The position numbers and the translations under genes are program-made. A stretch of 64,000 nt of DNA from the NCBI GenBank assembly GCA_963806705.1, contig CAWDZE010000012.1:234826-298825 (forward strand). Reading direction: 5' to 3'. Origin of the DNA: Vicinamibacteria bacterium (GTDB taxonomy: Bacteria > Acidobacteriota > Vicinamibacteria > Vicinamibacterales > JAENWD01). The notes beneath the pieces are model-generated. The model was not told where the DNA came from, ran no database searches, and saw only the letters and a program-made list of their open reading frames with translations. Shown here in pieces: positions 9,214 through 18,582 of this stretch (within the stretch, counting starts at the first letter, position 1; each line of letters opens with the position of its first letter).

Positions 9214-10284
9214 ATGGTGACGAGAAGGCAGTGGCTGCAAGCGGTTTTAGCAGCGATGGCGATGCACCCCGCTTTTGAAGGCGACGGACACGCGGGCACG
9301 ACATCCACGGCCGAGATCACGAGCGATGGACTGGTCGATCTCCAGGTGAACGGGTTTGCCGGGGTTGACTTCAATGACCCGGCGACCACCGTGGACCAGG
9401 TGTCGGCCGCAGCCGCGGCCATGCGCGCCACCGGCGTGACGTGCTTTCTCGCGACGCTGATTTCCGCGCCGCTCGATCGCTTCAGCGCGTGCGCAAAGAC
9501 ATTGTCGCGGTCGACTGAGCCGGCGGTGGCCGGACTCCACATGGAGGGTCCCTACATCTCGCCCGAAGACGGCGCGCGGGGCGCGCACCGGCGCGAGGAC
9601 ATCTCAGCGCCCACGCTCGACGACTTCAGGCGCCGCCAGGAGGCGGCCGGCGGCCGCATTCGCCTTGTGACGATCGCACCCGAAGTGGCGGGCGCGCTGC
9701 CGTTGATCGAGCAACTCGTCAAAGACGGCCTGCGCGTGGCCATCGGCCACACGGCCGCCTCGCCTCAACAGGTGCGCGAGGCGGTGACGGCCGGCGCGAC
9801 GATGTCGACCCATCTTGGCAACGGGTGCGCGCAGATGCTGCCGCGGCATCCGAATTTTGTGTGGGAGCAACTCGCCGCCGACGAGCTGGTGGCCGGCCTG
9901 ATCGTGGATGGGCACCACCTCCCGGCGGCCACGGTCAAATCCATGGTGCGGGCCAAGACTCCGCTGCGCACGATTCTCGTCACCGATGCCACGACCGCGG
10001 CCGGCCGTCCGCCAGGCGACTACATGCTGGGCAGCCTCCGGGTGCACCTTGACGAGACGGGACGCGTGGCCGTGCCTGGCCAGCCGAACCTGGCGGGGTC
10101 GGCCCTGTCGATGGACCGCGCCATCGGCAACACCGTGCGATTCACCGGCCTTCCGCTGGCCGACGTCCTCGCGATGGCCTCGACGACACCGGCGCGCTAC
10201 CTGGGGGTCAAACCAAGGGGACGGATCCAGGCATCCTGGGATTCGGCGGCATCGCGCTTCACAGTTCTGCGCATCGACGACTAG
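9214..10284 (+). CDS. nagA: N-acetylglucosamine-6-phosphate deacetylase
   Basis: DLQVNGFAGVDFND matches the mononuclear E. coli-type QxNG motif. Also GLHMEGPYIS, IGHTAA and VTDAT. The start could instead be GTG 9205, overlapping the upstream stop. Confidence 0.85.
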   Translation: MVTRRQWLQAVLAAMAMHPAFEGDGHAGTTSTAEITSDGLVDLQVNGFAGVDFNDPATTVDQVSAAAAAMRATGVTCFLATLISAPLDRFSACAKTLSRSTEPAVAGLHMEGPYISPEDGARGAHRREDISAPTLDDFRRRQEAAGGRIRLVTIAPEVAGALPLIEQLVKDGLRVAIGHTAASPQQVREAVTAGATMSTHLGNGCAQMLPRHPNFVWEQLAADELVAGLIVDGHHLPAATVKSMVRAKTPLRTILVTDATTAAGRPPGDYMLGSLRVHLDETGRVAVPGQPNLAGSALSMDRAIGNTVRFTGLPLADVLAMASTTPARYLGVKPRGRIQASWDSAASRFTVLRIDD

Positions 10285-10481
10285 AGCTTGTGAGCCTCGA
10301 GACGGGCATCTCACGCAGTTCTCTGTGGAGGCCCCAACAGGCATGCGATACCTCAAACCGGCAGTCGTTCTTTTCGTCTGGACAGCTCTTTCAGGCACGG
10401 CGCTGGCGCAACAACCACCCGGAAGCGGCCGTACGGCGCTGTGGACCAGCGTCGACGCCGGGTGATGCTAGAGTTCACCGG

Positions 10482-11456
10482 ATGCGGACACGGCGGCTTG
10501 GGCACTCGGACCTGCAGATCACCGTCATCGGGTTTGGCGCGTGGGCGATCGGCGGCGGCGACTGGCTGTTTGGCTGGGGGCCGCAGGACGACGCCGACTC
10601 GGTCGCGGCGATTCGGCGCGCGATCGATCTCGGCATCAACTGGGTCGACACGGCTGCGGTCTACGGGCTCGGACACTCCGAGCAGGTCGTCGCGCGTGCG
10701 CTGGCGGAGATCCCGGCGGGCCGGCGCCCGTACGTCTTCACGAAATCGAGCCTGGTCTGGGACAAGGACCGCCAGGTCTCTCACAGCCTGCGCGCCGATT
10801 CGATCAGGCGCGAAGTCGACGGGAGCCTCCAGCGCCTCGGCGTCGACGTCATCGACCTGTATCAGATCCACTGGCCCCGCTGGGGCAGTTCGCCGGCGGG
10901 GTGGGACCCGGGCCCGATCGAAGAAGGCTGGCAGGCGATGGCCGACCTTCAGAAGGCTGGCAAAGTCCGCTACATCGGGGCGTCCAACTTCACGCGCGAC
11001 GATCTGGCCCGCGCCGATGCGGTCGCGCCGGTCACGAGCCTGCAACCGCCCTACTCGCTGTTGCGGCGCGAGGCCGAGACGGACCTCTTTCCCTGGTGTC
11101 TCGAGCACGGCACCGGCGTGATCGTCTACTCCCCGATGCAGTCCGGGCTGCTCACCGGCACGATGACGCGAGAGCGCCTGGCGGCGCTGCCCGACAGCGA
11201 CTGGCGGCGGAGAGGCAAGTTCTTCCAGGAGCCCTACCTGACGCAGGCGCTCGCGCTGGTGGACCGCCTGAAGGCGGTGGGCGCGCGACACGGGCGCTCA
11301 CCCGGCGAAGTGGCGATTGCGTGGACGCTGCGTCATCCCGCCGTCACCGCCGCGATCGTCGGCGCCCGGCGTGCCGACCAACTCGACGGCATCGTTGGCG
11401 CGGCCGATCTCGAGCTCAGCCACGCGGACGTCGCGTTGCTCGAGCGCAGCAATTGA
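10482..11456 (+). CDS. Aldo/keto reductase
   Basis: Internal ATG at 10482 (MRTRRLGHSDLQITVIGFGAW). Motifs: DTAAVYG, LYQIHWP, IGASNF. Confidence 0.85.
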   Translation: MRTRRLGHSDLQITVIGFGAWAIGGGDWLFGWGPQDDADSVAAIRRAIDLGINWVDTAAVYGLGHSEQVVARALAEIPAGRRPYVFTKSSLVWDKDRQVSHSLRADSIRREVDGSLQRLGVDVIDLYQIHWPRWGSSPAGWDPGPIEEGWQAMADLQKAGKVRYIGASNFTRDDLARADAVAPVTSLQPPYSLLRREAETDLFPWCLEHGTGVIVYSPMQSGLLTGTMTRERLAALPDSDWRRRGKFFQEPYLTQALALVDRLKAVGARHGRSPGEVAIAWTLRHPAVTAAIVGARRADQLDGIVGAADLELSHADVALLERSN

Positions 11457-11471
11457 CGATTGCAGATCGAG
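11451..11471. repeat. Heptamer-family short array (aattgac gattgca gatcgag)
   Basis: Read directly. The AKR stop TGA (11454-11456) lies inside it. Confidence 0.8.
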
Positions 11472-11869
11472 CCGTGTTCGTGACGCTCTGGGAGGCCGCA
11501 GGCGTCCTGGCCGGCGGGCCGGTCGCAGCGCCGGACACCGGTCCTCGCCGCTCTCGACCGCTGGCCGCTTGGGTCGCCCCGCGCGATCGGGCCGGGGCTC
11601 AGGCCTGCGCTGGGTCCCACAGCTGCGGGCCGGTGTCAGGCGACCCAGGTCGGCGCTGCTCCAACGGCCCGGCGGCCAGGCCACCCGTGGCCTGCCAGCG
11701 CGCAGACACATGACACGGCGGTGCTCCTCGAGCCGACCAAGGCTGCGGGTGTCTCGCAAAGCAGCCGTGTTCGTGCACCGTCAGTTCCGGCTGCGGCGCG
11801 AGATACCCGCAGCCGTAGGTGCCCTCTCCAACCGCCTCTCGCCCGCTGGCTGTCATCCCTGCCGCCTGT

Positions 11870-11890
11870 GTTTTGACGATTGACGTTTAA
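11870..11890. repeat. Heptamer-family short array (ttttgac gattgac gtttaag)
   Basis: Read directly. Same orientation as 11451-11471. Confidence 0.75.
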
Positions 11891-11945
11891 GTCGGGGGAA
11901 CGCCGCAAACGTTTGCCGGACTCCACTCGGCAGCCGTGGGATGCG

Positions 11946-12731
11946 TCAGCGCATGAACGCAACGTAGCAATCTTCCCGGTTGTGGACGTCGACGGCGACT
12001 CCAAATACGTCGCCAAGCACCGCAGACGTCAGCACCTCGTCTTTCGGGCCATCCCGGAAGACACGGCCGTCCTTGAGGACGACCACGCGGCCTATCTCCG
12101 GGATGATGTCGGGCAGGTGGTGAGTCACCAGGATGATGTTAGTGCCCTGCCGAGCCAGGCGGCGCAGGCACGCGGTCAGGTCGCGGCATGCGCGCAGGTC
12201 GAGGCTGTTGGTGGGCTCGTCGAGCACCAATGCCTGCGGCTGGTGCGCCAGCGCCCGTGCGATCAGCAGGCGGCGCGACTCTCCTGACGACAGGTGATTG
12301 ACGGTTCTCCCTGCCAGGTGCGCGACTTCCATCACGTCGAGCGCTGCGTCGGCTCGCCCTTCCATGTCGCTGGTCACCTCGTGATGCGGCCAGAGTCCCA
12401 CGCTCCCGAAGAATGCCGACAGCACGAGGTCGCGTCCCGATATCTCCCGCGTGCAGGTCGCCATCAGGTCGTTGGTCACGATGCCCAGGTGCTCGCGCAG
12501 CTCGAAGAGCAACCAGCGGTCGCGGCCCAGCACCCGCAATTCCGCGTCCGGCGCGACGACTGGGAACAGCTCGCGCGTGACCAACTTCAATAGCGTGGAC
12601 TTGCCCGAGCCGTTGGGTCCGACGATGGCCACGTGCTGCCCCGAAGGAATCGAGAGAGAAAACCGATCGAGCACGACCTGCTCGTCACGGTAGACGGTGA
12701 GGTTGCGAAACTCCAGCAGCGGGGGCAACAT
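11946..12731 (-). CDS. ABC transporter ATP-binding protein (orphan, no adjacent permease)
   Basis: Walker A GPNGSGKST, signature LSSGESRR, Walker B LVLDEP. The second ATG (12731) is preferred because the first lies in the heptamer array. Confidence 0.8.
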   Translation of the reverse strand: MLPPLLEFRNLTVYRDEQVVLDRFSLSIPSGQHVAIVGPNGSGKSTLLKLVTRELFPVVAPDAELRVLGRDRWLLFELREHLGIVTNDLMATCTREISGRDLVLSAFFGSVGLWPHHEVTSDMEGRADAALDVMEVAHLAGRTVNHLSSGESRRLLIARALAHQPQALVLDEPTNSLDLRACRDLTACLRRLARQGTNIILVTHHLPDIIPEIGRVVVLKDGRVFRDGPKDEVLTSAVLGDVFGVAVDVHNREDCYVAFMR

Positions 12732-12737
12732 GCCCGT

Positions 12738-12772
12738 AATCGTCAATCGTCAACCTGCAATCGTCAATTGAT
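12738..12772. repeat. Heptamer array (aatcgtc aatcgtc aacctgc aatcgtc aattgat)
   Basis: Read directly. Fills the divergent gap between the ABC ATPase and the Gfo/Idh/MocA gene. Confidence 0.9.
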
Positions 12773-12783
12773 ATAGTTCCCCT

Positions 12784-14109
12784 ATGCCCCTCCATCCTTC
12801 TCGCCGCCAATTCCTGCGCGCCGTGACGAGTGCGGCGGTGGCCGCACCCTACTTCTGGATTCCAGCGCGCGCCCAGACGCGAATGGTCCGACACGCCAGC
12901 TTCGGCGCCGGCGGCATGGCGTCGGCGGACATCAACCAGTTTGCCAAGCACCCGGCGTTCGAGCTGGTGGCCGTCGCCGACGTCGACCTCTGCCGCCTCG
13001 ATCGCGTCCTCGATCGCTTCCCCAAGGCCCGCCTCTACCAGGATTGGCGCGAGTTGTTGAAGAAAGAGGGCGAACGGCTCGATTCGGTCAACGTCTCGAC
13101 ACCCGATCACATGCACGCGCTCCAGGCGATGGAAGCGATGCGGCAGGGCAAGCACGTGTACGTGCAGAAGCCGCTGGCCAACACCCTGCGCGAGACGCGC
13201 ACCCTCACCGAGTACGCTCGAAAAGCGCGGGTCGTCTCGCAAATGGGCATCCAGGTTTCGTCCGAGGAGCCTCAGCGCTACGGTGAGTGGCTCGTGCGCA
13301 GCGGGATCGTCGGCAAGATCCGCGAGGTGCACACCTTCTCGAACAAGAACTGGGGCGACGACAAGCCGCTGCGCGACAGCGCCGACCCGGTGCCGCCAAC
13401 GCTCGACTGGAACCTGTGGCTCGGCGTCGCCGACTCTCGGCCGTTCAAGCGCAACATTTACCACCCAGGAGAGTGGCGTCGACGCATCGGGTTCGGGACC
13501 GGCACGCTCGGTGACATGGGCTGCCACATCTACAGCCCGCCCTATCGCGCGTTGAAACTGACGGCCCCAATCAAAGTGACGTCCCACGGCGGGACGCCGT
13601 CGGCGGAAAGCTGGGCCATCAAGGCCAGGGTGCACCTCGTGTATCCCGGCACCGAGTACACCGCGGGCCCCGAGATCGACGTGTGGTGGTATGACGGCGG
13701 CGAGCTGCCGCCCGACGACCTGCGCTCGCAGGTGGGCACCCGCATGCCTGAACAGGGCAGCCTGATCCTCGGCACCGACGGCCTCCTGGTGCTGCCGCAT
13801 GGCGGCGAGGCGTTTGTCCTGCCGGACTCGAAGATGGCGACGATTCAGAAGCCCGCGCTGACGCCGCGGAATCACTACGCCGAGTTCGTCGACGCCGTGG
13901 TGGCGGGTCAAGCCACCTGCTCGGCCGGCTTCGACTACAGCGGCCCGTTGACCGAATCGGTCCTGATCGGCAATGTCGCCGCCCACTACCCCGGCGAGAC
14001 ACTGACATTTGACGCCGCGCGTCTGGCTTTCCCGGAAAAGCCCGACGCCAGCCGGCACCTCACGCGCAACTATCGCAAGGGCTGGCGAATCAAGGGCGCG
14101 GACGTGTAG
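12784..14109 (+). CDS. Tat-exported Gfo/Idh/MocA family oxidoreductase
   Basis: Tat motif SRRQFLRAVTSAAVAAP, followed by HASFGAGGMA and YVQKPL. Confidence 0.85.
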   Translation: MPLHPSRRQFLRAVTSAAVAAPYFWIPARAQTRMVRHASFGAGGMASADINQFAKHPAFELVAVADVDLCRLDRVLDRFPKARLYQDWRELLKKEGERLDSVNVSTPDHMHALQAMEAMRQGKHVYVQKPLANTLRETRTLTEYARKARVVSQMGIQVSSEEPQRYGEWLVRSGIVGKIREVHTFSNKNWGDDKPLRDSADPVPPTLDWNLWLGVADSRPFKRNIYHPGEWRRRIGFGTGTLGDMGCHIYSPPYRALKLTAPIKVTSHGGTPSAESWAIKARVHLVYPGTEYTAGPEIDVWWYDGGELPPDDLRSQVGTRMPEQGSLILGTDGLLVLPHGGEAFVLPDSKMATIQKPALTPRNHYAEFVDAVVAGQATCSAGFDYSGPLTESVLIGNVAAHYPGETLTFDAARLAFPEKPDASRHLTRNYRKGWRIKGADV

Positions 14110-14128
14110 GGGCGCGCGTGCGCGCCCC
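14109..14128. terminator. GC-rich hairpin between convergent genes (candidate bidirectional terminator)
   Basis: ggggcgcg cgtg cgcgcccc gives an 8-bp stem. There is no clear U-tract. Confidence 0.4.
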
Positions 14129-14154
14129 GCGCGGGTCCCGCCGGTTGGCCATCG

Positions 14155-15415
14155 TCACGCCAGATACGGGATCGTCATCGGACCTTCCGGCAGTACCGCG
14201 ACGGGCGCGTCACCGCCGAGCCTTTGACGTTCGGCGGCCACGGCGCTGGCCAGGTCGCCCACCGGCTCGAGGTGGGCGCGCCGCACATCGTCGTCGGCGA
14301 TCTCGCTCAGCAAGCCTACGCGGGCCTTCAACCGGATGTTGGCCAGGATCTGCGCTTCCCACTGGTCGTACAGCAGGAAGCCCGGAGTGAGAATCGTGTC
14401 GAGCAGCGCCTGCGGCGAGGCATGGTCTATCAATAGCGAGCGGAAATTTCCGTGCGCCGGGAACCCGTCGTTGCACCGCGCGGCGGCCGCGATGTAGCCG
14501 TCGGTGGCCACAACCTGCGCCGCCGCCGACATCCCTTTCACCGCCTGATAGAGATTCTGATCGAGCGGATAGCCGCTGTTGGTCGTCACGACGATGGGAA
14601 ATGCCCGCTTGCAGGGCACCATCGCCGTCTGCCGCGAGTGACTGGCATCCGGCGTCGTGCGCGGTCAGCACGTCGCCGCAGAAGAAGCGCGTAATGGCGC
14701 GGTGCCGGTTCAAGGTGACGTTGATGCAGAAGTCGACCGGCGCCAGGCCGCCGTCGTGCCGGATGCGCTCCTGGGTCGGGTTGCCGTCGATCACGCCCCA
14801 GGTCGACTTCGGGTGCCCGATCATCTGCGCGTCGTGGTACCGCATGATGGCGTGGATATCGGCGACGCCGGGAAACACCGCCTTGTAGCCGCCCGAGAAA
14901 CCGGCCATGAAATGCGGCTCGATGAACCCGAGCACGATGCGGCGATCCGCGTCGATGTAGTCGCGGTTCATGAACACCAGGCGGCCGTCCTGTCCAATGC
15001 CGGCCGGCGCCAGCCTCGACGTGTCCTGCGAGTCGTGGTTCACCACGCGCACCCGCTCGAAGAGCGACGCGCCGATCATGCCGCGCAGTTCGTCGGGCGT
15101 GTTCGCCCGGTGGGAGCCCGTGCCGTTGATGATGACCACATCGTGCAGCGGAACGTGCCGCAGTTCCTCGAGGACCCACGGCAGCAGACGGTCGGTTGGC
15201 AGCGGGCGGGTGATGTCGGGGATCACGATGGCGAGACGCTCGCCCGCCGACACGATCTCGGCGAGCGGCCGCGCACCCAGGGGCCGCCGAACCGCGGCCT
15301 GGAACGCCGCGCGCTCATCGGGCAGGCCCTCGATGAACCGCGGCTCGAGGACGGTGACCGCACCAGGCAGGTCGACGTCGAGCCCGTCGCGGCCGTACTG
15401 CAGGTGGATGCGCAC
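14155..15415 (-). pseudogene. larA: LarA-like nickel-dependent (lactate) racemase, interrupted by one frameshift
   Basis: N-terminal part in ORF 14210..15415 (INGTGSHR, GFIEPHFMAGFSGG). C-terminal part in ORF 14155..14622 (VVTTNSGYPLDQNLYQAVKG). The frames join near a CC run at 14632-14633. Confidence 0.75.
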
Positions 15416-15440
15416 CTGCAGATACTACTCCCACCCGTGT

Positions 15441-16352
15441 TCAAGGCTTCTTGACCGGGACCCTCCGTCCGGGTCGATACAAGTTCATCGAGGCCCCGAC
15501 CGAAAGCGCGTACCCGGTGGCGTCGGCGTCAAGCGGCGACAGGGTTCGCGCGCCGCCGACAAACAGCATCACCTGCGGCGACGCGATCCACACCAGGCTT
15601 CCGCTCAGGTCCGTGCGGCTCGAGCGCAACCCAATCTCGTCGGCGAGCGCGTCGCCGTCGGTTGTCCATGCCTGGCTGAGCGCACCGGTGGCGACGAACC
15701 GATCGGACAGAGTCTGTTCGAGTGCGCCGCTGATGAAAAATGCGCCACGGGTGAACACGCCCGTCGAACCGAACACACGCGTGCGGTCGTGGCGCCATTC
15801 AGCGCTGACGGGCAGAACCATGTTGACGCGCGAGAACCCCGTCTCCGCTGACGCCGAAGGACTGAGAATCTCGATCGTCGGCGTCACGGCAAATCCGACG
15901 ACATCCGCCGCCGCCTCCCGGATGACGAACTTCGCACCGGCGTAGACCGTGCCCAGTTCGCCAGCCGGCGCCAAACCGGTGTACGACGTGCGTGTGTACG
16001 GCACGCTGCCGAACATCTGGACGCGTGGCGCCACGCCACCGACGACGTCGAAGACCGGCGCATCGATGCCGGTGCCAATCGGCGAACTCCATCGCTGGAC
16101 CGAGACGGTCAGCCATCCTTCCCCTGGCTCCATCGACGTCGCGTCGTCGAGCCAGACACCCAGCGAGCGGACGCGCGATGTTGCGCCGGGGGCGCCACCT
16201 CCATCGACTGTTCTTACCTGCGGGGTGCCCGTTGAACCCGGCTGCCCTGGCTTCTTCAACAGGCCCGGGGGCGTTCCATGTGGCCGTTGCGCGAGGACAG
16301 GACTGCTCGCGCTCAGGGCCGCGAGCAGTCCGATGATGACGCGATGAGTCAT
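15441..16352 (-). CDS. Putative outer-membrane beta-barrel protein with signal peptide
   Basis: Internal ATG at 16352 (MTHRVIIGLLAALSASSPVLAQ). Alternating beta-strand-like sequence follows. The family assignment is uncertain. Confidence 0.45.
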   Translation of the reverse strand: MTHRVIIGLLAALSASSPVLAQRPHGTPPGLLKKPGQPGSTGTPQVRTVDGGGAPGATSRVRSLGVWLDDATSMEPGEGWLTVSVQRWSSPIGTGIDAPVFDVVGGVAPRVQMFGSVPYTRTSYTGLAPAGELGTVYAGAKFVIREAAADVVGFAVTPTIEILSPSASAETGFSRVNMVLPVSAEWRHDRTRVFGSTGVFTRGAFFISGALEQTLSDRFVATGALSQAWTTDGDALADEIGLRSSRTDLSGSLVWIASPQVMLFVGGARTLSPLDADATGYALSVGASMNLYRPGRRVPVKKP

Positions 16353-16353
16353 G

Positions 16354-16938
16354 TCAGCGGGGCTCGAGCTCTTGTTCGGCCAACCGCATCGCGCGCGCCG
16401 CCTCGACTTCGCCGTCGAGCGACGGCTTGAGCTGCTGAATCGACTGTCCAAGGCTCAGGCCGCCGTCAACCATCCTTGTCTTGAGAGCGACAAACGAGAT
16501 CCCATGGTTGTTGGCGGCGTTGACCGCCGCGATGAACTGCCCCTGGTTCTTGAAGCCCAGCGCAGCCTGTTGAACGGTCATCCCGGCCGGCAGCACCGCT
16601 TGCAGCCTGGCTGCGAGCTTCGGGTTCTTCGGAACCGCGGTCTTCGTGGTCAGGACCGGCGTTCCAGTCGACGAAGTCCCACCCGTCGTCTTCGGCGCCT
16701 TGGGCGGCTTGGGCGGCTTCGGTTTCACCGAGGCCGCGGACTTTGGTGCGCCTGCCGTCGAGCTCTTCTTCGGGCCCGCGGTCACCGGGCGCGACTTTGG
16801 TGTCGATGTCGTGATTTTCGGGGGTTTCGGGGTCTTCGGGCCCGCCGTCACCGGCTTGCTGCGCGGAGGCGCTGCGGTGGCGGGAATGGCCACCAGCGCC
16901 AGGCCGGCCGTGATCACTGCTGTGAGAGTGCGTCGCAT
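16354..16938 (-). CDS. Secreted Pro/Lys-rich low-complexity protein with a conserved-looking C-terminal domain
   Basis: GGAGG lies 7 nt upstream of ATG 16938. A signal peptide is followed by a PKxP-rich region with a duplicated (R/K)S(K/R)PVTAGPK segment. The stop is 1 nt from the next gene's start. Confidence 0.6.
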   Translation of the reverse strand: MRRTLTAVITAGLALVAIPATAAPPRSKPVTAGPKTPKPPKITTSTPKSRPVTAGPKKSSTAGAPKSAASVKPKPPKPPKAPKTTGGTSSTGTPVLTTKTAVPKNPKLAARLQAVLPAGMTVQQAALGFKNQGQFIAAVNAANNHGISFVALKTRMVDGGLSLGQSIQQLKPSLDGEVEAARAMRLAEQELEPR

Positions 16939-17116
16939 CAATCTGCCTCCAGGGAAACCAGGGGAAGACGCTTCAAGACAGGTGCCACGCGGCCGGATGG
17001 GTGCGTCGACTGAAAGTGCCGTAAACAGAATAGTTACAGATCGGGGCCGCAGGTCGGGTCTGGCGGAGCGATGTCAGATTTGCCAGGGTGTCTGGCAAAA
17101 GTGCGCGGGAGAAGCG

Positions 17117-18536
17117 CTAAAAGTCCGGGGAATCGAGGCGGTGTCGCTGGCGGAGCTGGCGGCAGACGCCGGGGTAGACGCCGGCGGCCCGGGCCCGATC
17201 TGCGGCCTCCGACATGCGGCGTTCGAACTCTCGCGCGGCCATCTTGAAGTCCGCGACGAACCTGGCGCACGCCGGCGAGACCCTGGTGTCGTCGAACCGT
17301 TCCCACAAGGCGTACCACCCGCGGTCGCTGCGGGTGGACGGCGCCCGGCCCCCCAGACAGTCGGCCACAAAATCGGTCCACGAGGCATCCAGCTGATCGG
17401 CCCGCTTGGCGGCCTCGACCAGGACGCGCTCGTACGCCGCTTCGCCTGTCTCTCGCTGACCGTCGGCGCCGTCCGGGCGACCGGGCGCGAAGAGATCAGC
17501 CGGCCGCTGGCCGGCCGCGGACTGCGGCGCGCGCCCGTCGAGCATCGCGCGCACGTGTTCGGCGCCCACGCCGAAGCCCAGCGCCTCGGCCCGCCCCGTC
17601 ATACGCATTGTCGTCACCGCCAGCACACGCCCCGAACGATCCAGGAGGGGCCCGCCGCTGTTGCCCGGGTTGATGGCGGCATCGGTCTGCACGAGGACGA
17701 CGGCTCCGACCTGCCGAAGCGCGCTCACGATACCGCGTGTGACGGTGTTCTGCAGCCCAAGCGGCGATCCAATCGCGATCACCTCGCCTCCGATACGAGC
17801 CTCGCGCGACGACGCGAGTGGCAAAATCGCCTGGCCTGGCCGGGTGTCGTTGGTGCGGATCGCCGCCAGGTCGAGATCGTCGCTGCGCTGCGTTACTCGC
17901 CCGGAGATGGCCTCGCCGCTCGACAGCTTGATCGTCACGTAAGAGTTGCCCTCGACGACATGCGAATTGGTGATGAGCGTGTCGGGCGCGACGAAAAAGC
18001 CGGTGCCCCTGCCGCCTGGCGTCTCGACCAGCGCTACGGCCGGCAGCGACGCGCTGATGACGTCTTCGAGGGCGCCTGGGCGGGAAGCCCCGGCCATCGA
18101 TGCGACCGGCGGCATGCTCACCGGCGAGGGCACCAGCATCGGCGTGTCCTTCCAGAGCGTCGGATCGGTCGGCCACTGGGGCACACGGCTGTCGGACTCG
18201 GCCGGCGTGGCTGGCGTGGCCTCGGTTGGTTGCGAAACGACCGCTGCGGCCGGTGGTGCGAGACCCGCTGGCGCCGGTGATGTGGGGCTGAGCGGAGGGT
18301 CCCGGCCGGCCCATCGCGACAAAGGCGATCCCCGCCGCGACGAGCACGAGCGCGCTTCCGGCAACGGCAGTCGGAAGTCTCGATGGCCCAGGGGCACCCC
18401 CGGCAGCGACCGGTTCGCGCGAGGGATCGGCAACGGGCTCTTCGGTCCCCGTCCAGTCGTGCCCGCAACGGCACACGTCCACCGTCCGGGGCACGCGGCG
18501 ATCGCACGAGGGACAGATCCAGGCAGACGCAGCCAT
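17117..18536 (-). CDS. Zinc-ribbon/TM-anchored trypsin-like (S1C) serine protease, with an apparent frameshift near 18301
   Basis: Protease body in ORF 17117..18433 (TNSHVV, DLDLAAI, GNSGGPL). The N-terminal CPSCDRRVPRTVDVCRCG zinc ribbon and TM helix are in ORF 17496..18536. The frames join at a CCC/GGG run at 18297-18303. Confidence 0.7.
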
Positions 18537-18582
18537 GGCGCTCAGGCCTGTTATCGGCCGATGGGCGCCTGAAACTCAGCCG

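Noticed and set aside
11599-11856. An 85-aa minus-strand ORF in the long gap. A segment CHVSARWQATGG is vaguely reminiscent of the CHCxxC...G motif of GFA-family (glutathione-dependent formaldehyde-activating) proteins.
   Set aside because: The resemblance rests on a handful of residues with the key cysteines missing. I cannot support a call. It is kept only as a hint that the gap may hold a decayed gene.
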